A DNA stretch of 64,000 bases from Octopus vulgaris (Eukaryota), in contig OX597826.1 in assembly GCA_951406725.2 (NCBI GenBank), positions 84,134,934 through 84,198,933 of the forward strand, written 5' to 3'. Within the stretch, counting starts at the first letter, position 1. The number at the start of each line of letters is the position of its first letter. The notes below the pieces were generated by a model. The model was not told where the DNA came from, ran no database searches, and worked only from the letters and a program-made list of their open reading frames with translations. The translations under genes were made by a program, and so were the position numbers. Of the stretch, positions 1 through 11,752 are shown piece after piece.

Positions 1-125
1 GTTCGGCAAAAGAGACCGATAGAATAAGTACTAGGCTTACAAAGAATAAGTCCTGGGGTCGATTTGCTCGACTAAAGGCGGTGCTTCAGCATGGCCACAG
101 TCAAATGACAAACAATTAAAAGAGT
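1..125 (+). mobile_element. 3' part of the abundant tRNA-derived SINE (family S1)
   Basis: gatagaataagtactaggcttacaaagaataagtcctggggtcg...ggcggtgcttcagcatggccacagtcaaatgac matches the 3' half of the full copy at 29078-29516. Confidence 0.85.
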
Positions 126-155
126 TACCACTTTGGACTGATTTTGGGAGTAATG

Positions 156-233
156 TCTGACTTTCGCTGTTGATCAAGGAAAACGTGCTTGCTGCAGTGA
201 TCCAAGAATTTTGCCTCTAACATCGCAATACGA
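156..233 (-). pseudogene. Degenerate 18S rRNA fragment with internal deletion
   Basis: Reverse complement reads tcgtattgcgatgttagaggcaaaattcttggatc...caagcacgttttccttgatcaacagcgaaagtcaga, resembling the conserved 18S segment ...tagaggtgaaattcttgga...aatcaagaacgaaagt (recalled consensus). Confidence 0.7.
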
Positions 234-520
234 GAAGGCAGGAGCAAGGGCAGAGAAAAGTATGCTATTAAAATGAATTATTGTTTACATAATTGACAAC
301 CCGAAGATTTAACTGCCTTGATTCGACGGGAAGAGTTGAGTGTCGTTCCATGATGGGTGAGAGTTCAATCTCTGGTTCAATCACACTGAATACAAATATT
401 GTATGATTGAGCCGGAGATTGAACTCACCCCCTTGTGTACCCCCAAACGCTTACACCCACCCATCCATTAACCCGAATGAAAATGAAGAATCTTAAAACT
501 ATATTTTCCCACTTAATTTA

Positions 521-1340
521 ATTCCGTTTACGTCAGACTATTTTTTTTTTAAACTTGTCTTTGCCGAGCCAAATTATGACAGATTGCACGACAAACGTTA
601 AATCTCTCTTGTCCTCCTCTTCTGGCATCACTTAATTAGCTACCATGTTTCCTAATTGTGCTGAATGCAATTTAAGGTCTTGCTCTACCTTTCTCCAATT
701 TCACAAAGATGTTTTATTGACAAACTCGTTTTATTGTTTTTAGCATTACATTCTCACCGGAACTCTCACCACTTGTTGCCTTTGTTTAATTTTGTTAATC
801 ATTTGTCCTGTCTATAGTTTCCGTCCATGGACCCGTATGTCAATGGTAAGTGAAAATTAAGATTCTTAATCTCAACTTTTCCTACTGATTTTTTTCTGTT
901 TACGTCTGACTATTTGTTAAAACTTGTCCTTCCCGTCGTGCCAAGTTATATCAGTTTGTTCTAGAAATGCACGACAAACGTTAAATCTCTTTCGTCCACC
1001 TCAAAATCATTAAAATCTTTCATTAGCGTATTCTTTTGGTATCACTTAATTAGCCACCATATAATATAATGTAAATGTTTCGTAACTGCTCTACCTTTCT
1101 CCAATTTCACAGCAATGAATCAGACACAAAGATGTTTTATTGTCAGACACTAATACCACCATAAATGTTGTATTTAGCATTACACTCTCACCGAAATATC
1201 ACCTGAACTCTCACCACTTTTGATTCTCAACTCATAAAAACACCCCGTTTGCTCTTAACCCGTTGCCTTTGTTTAATTTTGTTAATCATTGTCCTATCTG
1301 TAGATTAAGATTATCGTCTGTGATTGCCGCTTTAATTTTG
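521..1340. repeat. Diverged direct duplication (about 521-820 and 897-1300)
   Basis: Shared blocks tttacgtc.gactattt, gcacgacaaacgttaaatctct, gctctacctttctccaatttcaca, gttgcctttgtttaattttgttaatcatt occur twice in the same order. Confidence 0.8.
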
Positions 1341-1409
1341 TTAACCCTTCTAGGCCTCAGTCCAATGACTGAAACAAGTAGAAAGTAAAAGTGTTATCTT
1401 ATATCGTTT

Positions 1410-1595
1410 ACTTGTTTCATTCACTAGACTGCGACCATACTGGGGCACCGCATCAAAGGTTTTGGTCAAATTGTAAACAAACCAACACTGGTTGTCAAGT
1501 GGTGGTGGGACACAGATACACACTCGCGCACGACAGGCTTCTCAGTTTTCGCCAACTCACAAGGCTTTTGTCAGCCACGGTTCCTATTATATACA
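1410..1595 (-). mobile_element. Degraded S1 SINE fragment
   Basis: ttacttgtttca...accatactggggcaccg...ggttgtcaag...actcacaaggcttt is the reverse complement of S1. Confidence 0.65.
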
Positions 1596-1608
1596 GAAGA
1601 CGGATCTT

Positions 1609-1864
1609 TTCCTTTTGAACGGCACTTTTCAACACAATTTCTAGTTAACTAAACACTTTTAAACTTTGTATACTGGTAGAATGTGTTTATAAAACATCAT
1701 TTTTTCTTGGCTTTATTGAGAAAATTCTATATGTTGTAACATATTTCGTCTTTAATTTCGAGCATTTTGGCAATTTTAACCAATCGCTGACATCCATTTA
1801 GGTAAATAACATTCTGTGCATAATGAATATGTCCCTCCTTTAAGAAACAGATTGGGCTTATTTA
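1609..1864. repeat. Unclassified interspersed repeat (MITE-like), interrupted by the LTR at 1865
   Basis: tttgaacggca...taactaaacactttt.aaactt.gtatactggtagaat recurs at about 24960-25260 and 25535-25740. Confidence 0.6.
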
Positions 1865-2405
1865 TGTACAGTCACCGGAAGTAACTTGCACGGACACCGG
1901 AAATACATCTGCCATCAACAGAGAAAACAAAGCAACTACCCCCAGCGACTTGCCTGACCTTTCATTGGACAAAAGCTACCTACCTGCCATTCTATTGGAC
2001 ACTGGCTAAACATCACTGCTGATATTTTTGTATAAATAGACATCATAAATCGCTGTAAAGCAGTTGGCCTTTTGGCACTGGACTGATGTAAATCGTGTCC
2101 CTTTCGCCTGCCACGCTCGCCACTCACGCCACCTCGAACCTTTGTACTGCCATTTCACGCCTGAAATAACTCGCTGTATAAACTTACACCTCTTATCTGC
2201 TAGTCATTTCAACTACTGCTTTCGTCTGTCCAGTTTTGCTGATTACGACCACAGTCATTCTCAGAGCTAATTCAAGTCTGATCTGAATGCGATAACAGTC
2301 CTTTTTAGGACTATTCTTGGATCGGATCTAATTGTGATAACCGTCCTTTTAAGGGCTACCCTCAGATCAGAACAGAAGTAGTGGCCAAGAATCATACCCG
2401 CTACA
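1865..2405 (+). mobile_element. 5' LTR of a Ty3/Gypsy retrotransposon
   Basis: TGTA...TACA termini; followed after 2 nt by a PBS and then gag-like sequence; left end less certain. Confidence 0.75.
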
Positions 2406-2407
2406 AT

Positions 2408-2420
2408 TGGTGACCCCGAC
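2408..2420 (+). promoter_or_regulatory. Primer-binding site complementary to the tRNA-Trp 3' end
   Basis: tggtgaccccgac is the reverse complement of gtcggggtcaCCA. Confidence 0.8.
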
Positions 2421-2454
2421 AACGAATCAAGCGAACAGCATATCAAGAATCAGC

Positions 2455-3800
2455 ATGGACACGCCAAAACCAACAACAGAGGCCGATATACCAACCACAC
2501 AAGCAGCTTTAACCAGGAAGGTCCCTGTTTTTTTGGTCCAACGACCCAGCCCTGTGGTTCGCCCACATAGAAGCACAATTTGCCGCGAATAGAATCAAGC
2601 ATGACTCTGCAAAACTCATGCACATCATTAGGTCAGTCCCACCAGAATGAATTAATGATGCGAACTACCACATCACAGCAGAAACGACTCAACCAACTTG
2701 TGTCTGCAGAAGAGTTGGGGGACAGAAAACTGTCCAAACTGCTGCGTAAAATGAGACAGCTGATGGAGGACCAACCGCTGTCAGAAGAGGTCCTGAAACA
2801 GCTTTATCTACAGCGCCTGCCCTTACCAATGCAGGGCATTCTGGCGTCGACCAACGACACAGCAACTCCGGAGGAACTTGCGCGTGTTGCAGATAGAATC
2901 GCTGAGGTGTCAAACCCCTTTCCTTCTGTGGCACAAATCAACCATCGGACGAACCCTTTCAAAGCGTCCTTAGACTCTACCTCCGGGATTGCAGAACTGC
3001 GAGCTATGATCAGAGAGCAGGCTGGTCAAATTAAAGTCCTCACAAACAAGCTAGAAAACTGGACCTTGGAAACACACTGGCGGCGCAGTAACAGTTCATA
3101 AAGTCCACTCACCGTCGAAGATCCAGAAGTCCCAGTCAAAATCGTGTGTCTGGCAACATCTGCTGGTATCACTCAGAATTCGGCGCACGGGCATCTAAGT
3201 GCAAGTCCCCGTGCTCTTTCCTGAATACCACCCAGGGAAATGGGTAGACCAGGGCCTAGCGACGACGTTCACCCCTGGTACTGAGAAAAAAAAATCATCT
3301 GTTTTTTATTAACGACCAAGCGACGGGTATCCGCTATCTCGTGGATACAGGAGCCCAGGTTAGTGTTATTCCTGTTTCACTAGTCTCGGGCAAACGACAT
3401 CCAACACCGTCCTTTCTGCAGGCAGTGAACCGATCGTCAATTCTGACTTTCGGTGAGAAATCACTGACCCTGAATCTAGGCCTGAGGCGTCGTTTCCAGT
3501 TCATTTTCGTCATGGCAGACCTACCAACCCCTATCTTAGGAACCGATTTTCTCCACCACTTCAACCTTCTGGTGGACATGAAGAACTGGAGGCTTATTGA
3601 CACCACCACAAACCTCACTGTGAGAGGTATATTTACCACGCAACCGACAGTGAGCCCTGTAATCTGTCAGTCAGAGCCTTCGCGTTACAACTGCATTCTC
3701 CAGAAATATCCAGACATCACTCGCCCGGTATGTAAAGATGGACCCATTAAACATCGTGTCACACATCACATCGAGACACGAGGACCACCCACAGCTGCCC
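2455..3800 (+). pseudogene. Gypsy gag plus aspartic protease (frameshifted)
   Basis: gag motifs FWSNDPALWFAHIEAQF and ELGDRK.SKLLRKM; knuckle CWYHSEFGARASKCKSPC near 3162-3214; protease YLVDTGAQVSVIP and PILGTDFL; HHIETRGPP. Confidence 0.9.
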
Positions 3801-4065
3801 GACAAAAGGTACGTCACGTAATACGATGTCAATGAACTGTTGAAAAGTTTGTGCAGCGTTGCGCAGACCGAACAGCATTCGCAGGAATTTGAATAAACCG
3901 AAGTGTTGTGATTGCCGTCTTTGGAATATCAGCAGGCTCCACATGTATCTGGTTATATGCCCGCACCAAATCTATCTTAGAAAAGATGCGTGCGCCTTGC
4001 AGGGGCAGAAAAATCGTGCAAGTGAGGTACAGGGTAATTATCGGGCACTGTGGTATTGTTGAGTG
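3801..4065 (-). pseudogene. Inverted Gypsy reverse-transcriptase fragment
   Basis: [29 protein letters not shown] and [11 protein letters not shown] on the strand opposite to gag/protease. Confidence 0.9.
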
Positions 4066-4867
4066 CACGATAATCCCCAAAATTTCAGACCCTGGGCCTA
4101 TAGTGGGAAGGGATTATTATTATTATTGCTACTACTGATCATCAGGCTCCCCTGTTCCCAACACGCTCTGTGCAGAGTTCAGTACACCATTGGCTGATAT
4201 GGCAGATGTATGCCCTGAGACTATGTTCTGTGTAGAAATTTCTGGATGCTAAGCTGATGTGGTCAGAGATGTTTTTGTCCAGCTTCTTTGACAGAGCTAC
4301 AGTCCTCTGTCCAATAAAGACCAAAACTGGACACTTGTTATTTGGAATGTGGTCAAGTATTCACAGTTCTCTAACAGTCTGACAATGCAGTTAGTAACAG
4401 GTGAGCCCTTTCATTCTTGTGAGTGGATTTGGTAGATGGAAACTAACAGAAGCTCATCACGTGTGTGTGTGTCTTTGTCTTGACAACATTATAAATGAAT
4501 GTTATTCATTTCCAAAATGCAAAACCATGTCAGACCATGGAGAAATATCACCTTACTTGGAAACACATGAGGGTTGGCTACAGGAAGGGCATCCAGCCAT
4601 AGAAAACCTGCCTCAGTTAACCCCCATCTCCTCTATGCAAGGATGGGAAAGTGAATTTCAAAAAGGATGATTATGATATACATGTAATTGTTTCAATGTC
4701 TCGTTTTGGGGAATTGGTTTCATTTTTGGATTTGGTTTGCAAGATTCTTTATTTGAGTTCGTGTGTTGAAGCATAGTCTGTTGTCTGGGGAGAGCCATTT
4801 TCTTTTTGTGACTTATTATTTAACACACTCACTGTTAAAATTTCCACTTTTTTCTTATTTATATTTT

Positions 4868-4906
4868 CCTAAAATTTTCATTGTGTCTTGCAATCTTTTC
4901 AATAGT
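4868..4906 (-). ncRNA. Non-canonical minimal hammerhead-like motif (U3:A8 core)
   Basis: cua UUGAAAA g auug-caagaca-caau GAAA au UU uag; stem I only 3 bp. Confidence 0.35.
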
Positions 4907-4944
4907 CTTGACTCTGTCCGTTATTTACACTGCATTCCCTTTTG

Positions 4945-5360
4945 TTTGTTTGTGCGCATGTGTGCCTGTGCATGCATATATGTGTGTGTATGCATAGGTA
5001 TATATGTGTGTGCATCTGTATGTATGTATTCTGCATATTTATGTGCTTGTGTATTTTTTATGTATGTGTGTGTGTTTGTATATGTATGCACTTCTCTCTC
5101 CATGTGTGTGTGTGTTTAGCAACTATGTTTGTATGTATGGATGCGCATCTCCATGCGTGGACACGTGTCTCCATGTGTCCTTGTGTGAAGTAAAGTGTGT
5201 GTATATATGGTCATGTGTTTCAGTTTCCATTTGCGTATGTGTGCTTGTTTGTTCATATAACCTATCCATCTGTACGTTGATCTGTTTTATTTTCATATCC
5301 ATATGCTTACATATATTTGCATATATACATATATACCCACACACACACATACATCTATCT
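4945..5360. repeat. Degenerate (TG/TA)n low-complexity tract
   Basis: Visible dinucleotide repeat. Confidence 0.85.
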
Positions 5361-6009
5361 ACGTAACAGTCCACTAACTATTCTACTCTACCTGTGTAAA
5401 TTGTGGGTGTGGGGGTATGTTTCAATGTCTATTTTTCCTTTTTCTTATATATATAAATGTGGTAACAGTGTGAATGTAACACTTGAATTTGGTTTCCCAG
5501 GCAGCATCAAACCAGCTGAGGAAATCCTTCCTCATCTAAAATACATCTGCAATAATCCTTGGTCGCTCAGCAGACAACCAAGATGGCTGGGTTGGTGTTC
5601 GACAGCATTTTATAGAAACAGGTAATGAGACTGTTGTTGTTGGACAGTCCTGATGGAGTAAACCTTAGACTAAAAGCATTCCAGCCATGACCATACCTTC
5701 TTTTTACAGAAACAATTATCGCTAAGAGTATATTATCTGAAGAATCTTTCTTTTCTTTAAGATTTGAGGTGCTAATTAAATTTTATATATTCAAATGAAG
5801 TTCAGATATTAAAAAAAATGAGCTTAAAAAAGAATTTATTATATCAAATAAGCAAAGAATATAACATAGACAGGTGAATGAAAAAAATGCAAAGTAAATT
5901 TATTGTCTTTTAGAAATTTCCAAATGTATTACATCTTGCATCATTGCTGTCATTAAATAATTTAGCAACTTCGTCCCCATTCCTGAAAAAGTGGTGGGGG
6001 TACTTGTCC

Positions 6010-8035
6010 TCTGGTACTTCCCTGAAACAAGACTGTTGATCTCAACCTTATCAGACAAGTCGTCGGATTTGTCCAAACAAGAGTACAAAGTAGAGTCATC
6101 AGCATAGATTATTAGCTGACAGATGATATGATTAGGCGGATTATTGATAAAAAGAAGAGAGTTGGGCTCAGGACAGATCCTTGAGGAACCCCAGCATTTA
6201 TAGAATAACTAGATGACCATCAAGGACAACCTTGATCCTACCGTCATAAAGGAAAGAGGAGATGATGTTCAGCATAAAACCTGATACACCAAAGGATAGG
6301 AAATTCCATAGAAGTCCAACATGTCAAACCCTATCTTATACCTTAGAGATATCACGAGAAACTCCCCTAGCTTGACCAGATACATTCAAGGCACGATGAA
6401 CATGCTTGGATATAACAGTGAGATCACCAGTTGACCATCCGGCATGGAAACCATTTTGCGAATCGGAGAATAAACAATTTGAGTCAAGATATTTTACAAG
6501 AGAGTCATTAATCAAGGACTCAAAAACTTCACTGATGATTGGTAGCAGACTAGTTAGTCTATAATTATAAGGATTAAATTGATCACCACGTTTCTTAAAG
6601 ACAGGAACAGCAGTTAGGAATTTCCATAAAGAAAACAAGATTCTAAGACAGACTTTCAGAAGAGCCAAGATAAGATAGAAGACAACTCAGGAGAGCACTT
6701 CTGAAGAACAATAACTGGAATACCATCAAGTCCAGTTGCTTTATATGGATCCAACCATGCCACAATGGCCTTATTTAGAAGTCATATGACAACTGTGTAA
6801 CAGTTTATCAGTTTTGAGAAAAACATCAGGAAGTGGATGACCAGAGTCATTGAGAATATAGAGAGAACTGAAGAGTTGAGCAAAGAGCTCAGCTTTATCA
6901 TTGAATGTTGTCAAGACCTCAGATCTGTTGAATAAAGGAGGAATAGAAGACTTCTTGTCACCTCTAACACTTTTAATAATTCTCCAGAAGTCACGAGAGC
7001 CTGCTTTCTGGGATGATATACGATCATGAATGTGCTGCCCATAGTGTGATTTAGCATCACGAATGACAGCCCAACTGGGATTGCAAGCATTGGTAAATAG
7101 CTGTTTATTCACTGCAGAATTATCTCGCTGAAACTGGTGGGGAAAATGATTATGATGGGTGATAGCAGGAGAAGACCAGGGTGAGGAATGTGGTTTCAGC
7201 TGGTATTTGCGAGCTGGTATGAAGATGTTAATACCAGCAGAAATCCAAGTAGTAACTTCCCCAGCACAGGCCTCAGCAGGTTTAGCAAAAATGTTGGTCC
7301 AAGGAACGTCACGAAGAAAGCCAAGAAAATTGTCCCATTCACCACAATCATAGCTGAATAGAGCATGATGAATTGGGGATTCCTTGGCAGCAGAACAATT
7401 AAGTGAAATGCCAACTGCAACAGCAACATGATCAAATCCCTGCCAGTAGAGTCTCATGACAAACCTTACAGATATCAGGATTTGATGGCAAAAAGAGATC
7501 AAAGAGGGAGGAAGATTGGTCATCGCGATCAGGAATGCGAGTAGGAAAGTCAACGAGTTGTTTGAGCGATTGGGAAAGTTCAAAATTATAGGCTTCAATG
7601 CCAGATGCAGTAGTGCCATGAGAAAACTTAATCCATTCTTCATGACGAATTTTAAAATCACCAAAGACAAATATATTTGCAGACTGTATAACAGAACAAT
7701 TTTGAGAAGATGGAGAACAATAGAGAAAGAACAAGTAACTAGTTGAGTGCAGAAGAGAAAGCGCATGAAAAGACAGCGGAGGATCCTCAAGATCTTTCTC
7801 ACGAACGATGGGAAGATCGACATGAGCAAAGACGCCCAAGCCATGCATATGATTGTAAGAGTCCTTCTGGTAAAGAGGAAGATAGCTAGGAACAACGAAA
7901 TCATCTGAAATGTCTGAACTGAGATTTGTTGTGCTCAAAGCAAGGATGTGAAAAGAGTTCTGAGCAAAAAATGACTTAACATCTGCAAGATTAGAACGGA
8001 GACCACATACATTGGTGAATGCAATAGTAAAAGGA
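6010..8035 (-). mobile_element. Old CR1/L2-group LINE ORF2 (APE endonuclease plus RT), frameshifted and 3'-truncated
   Basis: FTNVCGLRSN, HMHGLGVF, FGDF, LVDFPTRIPD, NYRLTSLLPIISEVFE, QNGF, GVPQGS, IYADDST near 6092-6110. Confidence 0.85.
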
Positions 8036-8356
8036 GCAGGTGATTTAGCTGAGTCTGGTTTGCAATTTTATTTCATGGAGACTGTCATGATTGAATTGAA
8101 TGAAAAAAAAAAGACTAGCCAGGGATGATTTCCACCTTAATTAAGCAAGTAATCAGCTTCCCTTTGGTGTTCCAGCAGCTGCAGGGACAGCCACCCATGC
8201 GCGTCATGGCACTACAGATACATAGATGGTCTTTTCTGTTTCAGGCACAAGGCCTGAAATTTTGGGGGAGGGGGCCAGTCAATTACATCGACCCCTGTAC
8301 ACAACCGGTACTTAATATCAGTACAATATTTAAGAGATGAGGAATTATGTGCCTTG

Positions 8357-8420
8357 TTTACATTTGACAGATATTTGTCAACAAATAAGATGATGACAAA
8401 TATCCGTCAAATGTAAATAA
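8357..8420. repeat. Short palindromic remnant
   Basis: tttacatttgacagatatttgtca ... tgacaaatatccgtcaaatgtaaa inverted arms. Confidence 0.65.
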
Positions 8421-9042
8421 TGTGATACTTCATTTATATATTCCGAAAGATGAAAGGCAAAGTTGACCTTGGCAGAATTTGAACTTAGAACATAAAGACT
8501 GATGAAATACTGCTAAGAATTTCACCCGACATGCTAACCATTCTGCCAGAAACACTGATATTATACAACTGTCGATAGAGCAGTCTCTCCATGTGCCACC
8601 GGAGGGTTTAGGCTGCATTCAGGTCACGATTCCTGTGTGCTCTTTCTGATGACACATTTCAGCCACTTGGATATTGTGTGTGTGTGTGAGCTGTCTTGTC
8701 CTCATATCATGGGGGATTTCACCATTGCTGTCTCACAGCATTCTTCGATTTCAATGTTTGGTGTAAACATGTCCAGCCATGGAGAAATATTCCCTAGCTC
8801 AGAAACAGATGAAGATTGGCAACAAGAAGCACATCGAGCAAGATGTACTGCTTTACATCCTTTAGCTTAGCAGTTCAGCAAAGGAAACAGATAGAATAAG
8901 TACCAGATTATAAAAGAGTATTGAGGTCAATCTATTCAACTGAAACCCTTTGCAGCAGAAACAATGTCAAATGGCATCTTTTATTCCTTCTGAAATACGT
9001 TATAAATGGAAGTGTTGTGAGAGAATGGGTCTTGTGAAGTAT

Positions 9043-9048
9043 TTTATT
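9043..9048 (-). promoter_or_regulatory. Candidate polyadenylation signal of the ZNF gene
   Basis: AATAAA on the minus strand about 270 nt past the stop; a second one at 8980-8985. Confidence 0.35.
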
Positions 9049-9319
9049 CCATCATTAGTGGAGCTTGTTCTAAGACACAGCTTCAAGAGTTTGGTATCAT
9101 GTGCCATGAGATTTTCTCTTACATTTGCTGTGTGATAATGCATCTGATAAGATTTCTTCCACATACTGACTGATAAAGTTGCAGTTCTCTATGTATGCAG
9201 AGATGTGCACTTTCTTCTTTTTCGCAAGAGAATCACAGCGATATGGTTTATCTCCTGTATGTGTATGTTTATATGTAGTTAGACTGCTATTGTGATAAAA
9301 TTTGCCATGGATATCACAC

Positions 9320-10684
9320 TCATGACTTCTCTTCTCTATGTGTTCGCTTGTGTACAGTTACATGGCTACTTTGTGTGAATGTTTTACCACAGATATCACA
9401 GCGAAATGGTTTCTCTCCTGTATGTATACGTCTATGTGCAGTTAAAGTGCTATTGTGAGAGAATGGTTTACTACAGATATCACAATGATATGGCTTCTCT
9501 CCTGTATGAACATATTTGTGACCAAATAGATGGATATTTTGAGAGAATGATTTACCACAGATATCACAACGATATGGTTTCTCTCCTGTGTGAATGCTTT
9601 TGTGTTGGTTTAGATTGCTATTCACTGAGAATGATTTACCACAGATATCACAGTGATATGGCTTCTCTCCTGTATGAACACGCTTGTGCGTACTTAGAGA
9701 GTTACTGTTAAGGAATGATTTACCACAGATATCACAGTGATATGGCTTCTCTCCTGTGTGAGCAAATTTATGTCGAGTTAGACTGTTAAATTGAGAGACT
9801 GATTTACCACAGATATCACACTGATATGGCTTCTCTCCTGTATGAGCAAATTTATGTTGAGTTAGACTGTTAAATTGAGAGACTGATTTATCACGGATAT
9901 AACATTGGAATGGTTTCTCTTCTGTATGAATACGCTTGTGTCGAGTTAGATTGCCATTTACAGAAAATGATTTACCACAGATATCACAGTAGTATGGCTT
10001 CTCTCCTGTATGTGTACGTTTGTGTAAAATTAAATCATACATCATAAAAAATGATTTGCCACAGATATCACAGTGACATGGCTTATCTCCTGTATGAATT
10101 CGTCTGTGTGCTGCTAAGCGACTGCTTGCACAAAAAGATTTGCCACAGATAGAACAATGATATGGATTCTCTCCCGTGTGAATAAGTTTGTGTTTACTCA
10201 AACTATCTGGATTAGAGAATGATTTACCACAGATTTCACATTGGTACGGTTTCTCTCCTGTATGGATACGTTTGTGTTTACGTAGGTTGCTATTTAGAGA
10301 GAATGATTTACCACAGATTTCACATTGGAATGGTTTCTCTCCTGTATGAATACGTATGTGTCTAATTAAAGCAGCTGTATGAGTGAATGATTTACCACAA
10401 ACATTACATTGATATGGTTTCTCTCCTGTATGAATACGTATGTGTCTAGTGAGAATGCTTTTTCCAGAGAACGATTTACCACAGATATCACACTGGAACA
10501 GTTTCTCTCCTGTATGAATATATGTATGAGTTATAAGGTCACCTTTTCCGGAGAATGACTTCTTACAGAAATCACATTGATAAGATGGGTTACATACATC
10601 CATTGGCTTCTCATCAATAAAACCAGTCCTTGTAGACTCTGATTCACATTTAATATTCTCCCCACACAATTCATTTTCCATCAT
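9320..10684 (-). CDS. Tandem C2H2 zinc-finger protein, 15 fingers (finger 9 has C->R), single coding exon
   Basis: Open ORF from ATG at 10684 (MMENELCG) with repeated CxxC-x12-HxxxH and TGEKP linkers. Confidence 0.95.
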   Translation of the reverse strand: MMENELCGENIKCESESTRTGFIDEKPMDVCNPSYQCDFCKKSFSGKGDLITHTYIHTGEKLFQCDICGKSFSGKSILTRHIRIHTGEKPYQCNVCGKSFTHTAALIRHIRIHTGEKPFQCEICGKSFSLNSNLRKHKRIHTGEKPYQCEICGKSFSNPDSLSKHKLIHTGENPYHCSICGKSFCASSRLAAHRRIHTGDKPCHCDICGKSFFMMYDLILHKRTHTGEKPYYCDICGKSFSVNGNLTRHKRIHTEEKPFQCYIRDKSVSQFNSLTQHKFAHTGEKPYQCDICGKSVSQFNSLTRHKFAHTGEKPYHCDICGKSFLNSNSLSTHKRVHTGEKPYHCDICGKSFSVNSNLNQHKSIHTGEKPYRCDICGKSFSQNIHLFGHKYVHTGEKPYHCDICSKPFSHNSTLTAHRRIHTGEKPFRCDICGKTFTQSSHVTVHKRTHREEKS

Positions 10685-11042
10685 ATTTCTTTCTTTCACC
10701 ACAATGTATGGATCCTTTTTTGCTTTTCAGTTTTAACTTTTTATTCCACACTGGTATTTATTGTGATATATTTCACTGAACTGGAATTTTTGTCAATATC
10801 TGAAGAGGCTGAGAATTCCTTTCTTATTCCAAATACATTTTAAGGTGAAAACCATCTTGAACACATAACAGACAGTGAAGTCAAGAAATATCACAAAGAA
10901 TTTCAGTTAAATCAAATAATTCACAGCAACTCTTCCACAGATATCTCTTCTGTATAAAAAACTTCCTTTCAACTTTCAAAGACAGTAATGTTGATGTATC
11001 TCTCGTATAAAAGTTTCTTTAATGCCACTGTAATTTAGATGT

Positions 11043-11066
11043 CTGAAATAAAAAAGAAAAAAATTT
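11043..11066 (-). promoter_or_regulatory. 3' splice acceptor in the ZNF 5' UTR
   Basis: Minus strand reads tttttttcttttttatttcAG|ac, 358 nt upstream of the ATG. Confidence 0.65.
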
Positions 11067-11204
11067 CCGTTAGAAAGGATAGAGCAGTGGAAATTTTAAT
11101 ATATTTGTAGAACGAGCTTTTGCTATACTCCTTCACATGAACAATTAAAACGTTTACTTTTTAATTTGGTGAGAAAATTACATTATACAACTTTATGGGA
11201 ACCA

Positions 11205-11670
11205 TCCTCATCGTTTAACATCCGCTTTCCATGCTGGCATGGGTTGGACGATTTGATTGAGGTCTGGCGAACCAGATGGCTGCACCAGGCTCCAATCTGA
11301 TCTGGCAGAGTTTCTACAGCTGGATGTCCTTCCTAATGCCAACCACTCCGAGAGTGCAGTGGGTGCTTTTATGTGCCACTGGCATGAGGGCCAGTCAGGC
11401 GGTACTGGCAGTTGCCATGCTCAAGTGGTGATTTTTATGTGCCACCTGCACAGGAGACAGTCCAGTAGCACTGGCAACGACCTCGCTCAAATGTTTTTCC
11501 ACATGCTAGTAAGGCGACGCTAGTAACAATCACGCTCGAATGGTGCTTTTTATGTCCCCTGGCATGGAAGCCAGTCAGCTGCTCTGGCAACAACCATGCT
11601 CGGATGGTGCTCTTAGCGCTCCACTAGCACGGATGCCAGTCGTCGCATTTGATTTCAATTTCACTTGCAG
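11205..11670 (-). mobile_element. 3'-end copy of the RTE LINE or an RTE-tailed SINE
   Basis: Diverged reverse complement of 16070-16540, including the tandem units and the gttaaacgatga tail. Confidence 0.8.
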
Positions 11671-11700
11671 AGTTTAGTGTCCAGGCAACATTATTGATGT

Positions 11701-11752
11701 TAAACACATTCATACAGGAGAGAGACCGTTCCAATGGGATATCTGTAGTAAA
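11701..11752 (+). pseudogene. Isolated zinc-finger linker relic
   Basis: Translates KHIHTGERPFQWDICSK. Confidence 0.6.

Noticed and set aside
4763-5374. Cys/Val-rich ORFs
   Set aside because: Degenerate (TG)n low-complexity sequence
9379-9711. Plus-strand ORF with a 28-aa periodicity
   Set aside because: Antisense shadow of the zinc-finger array
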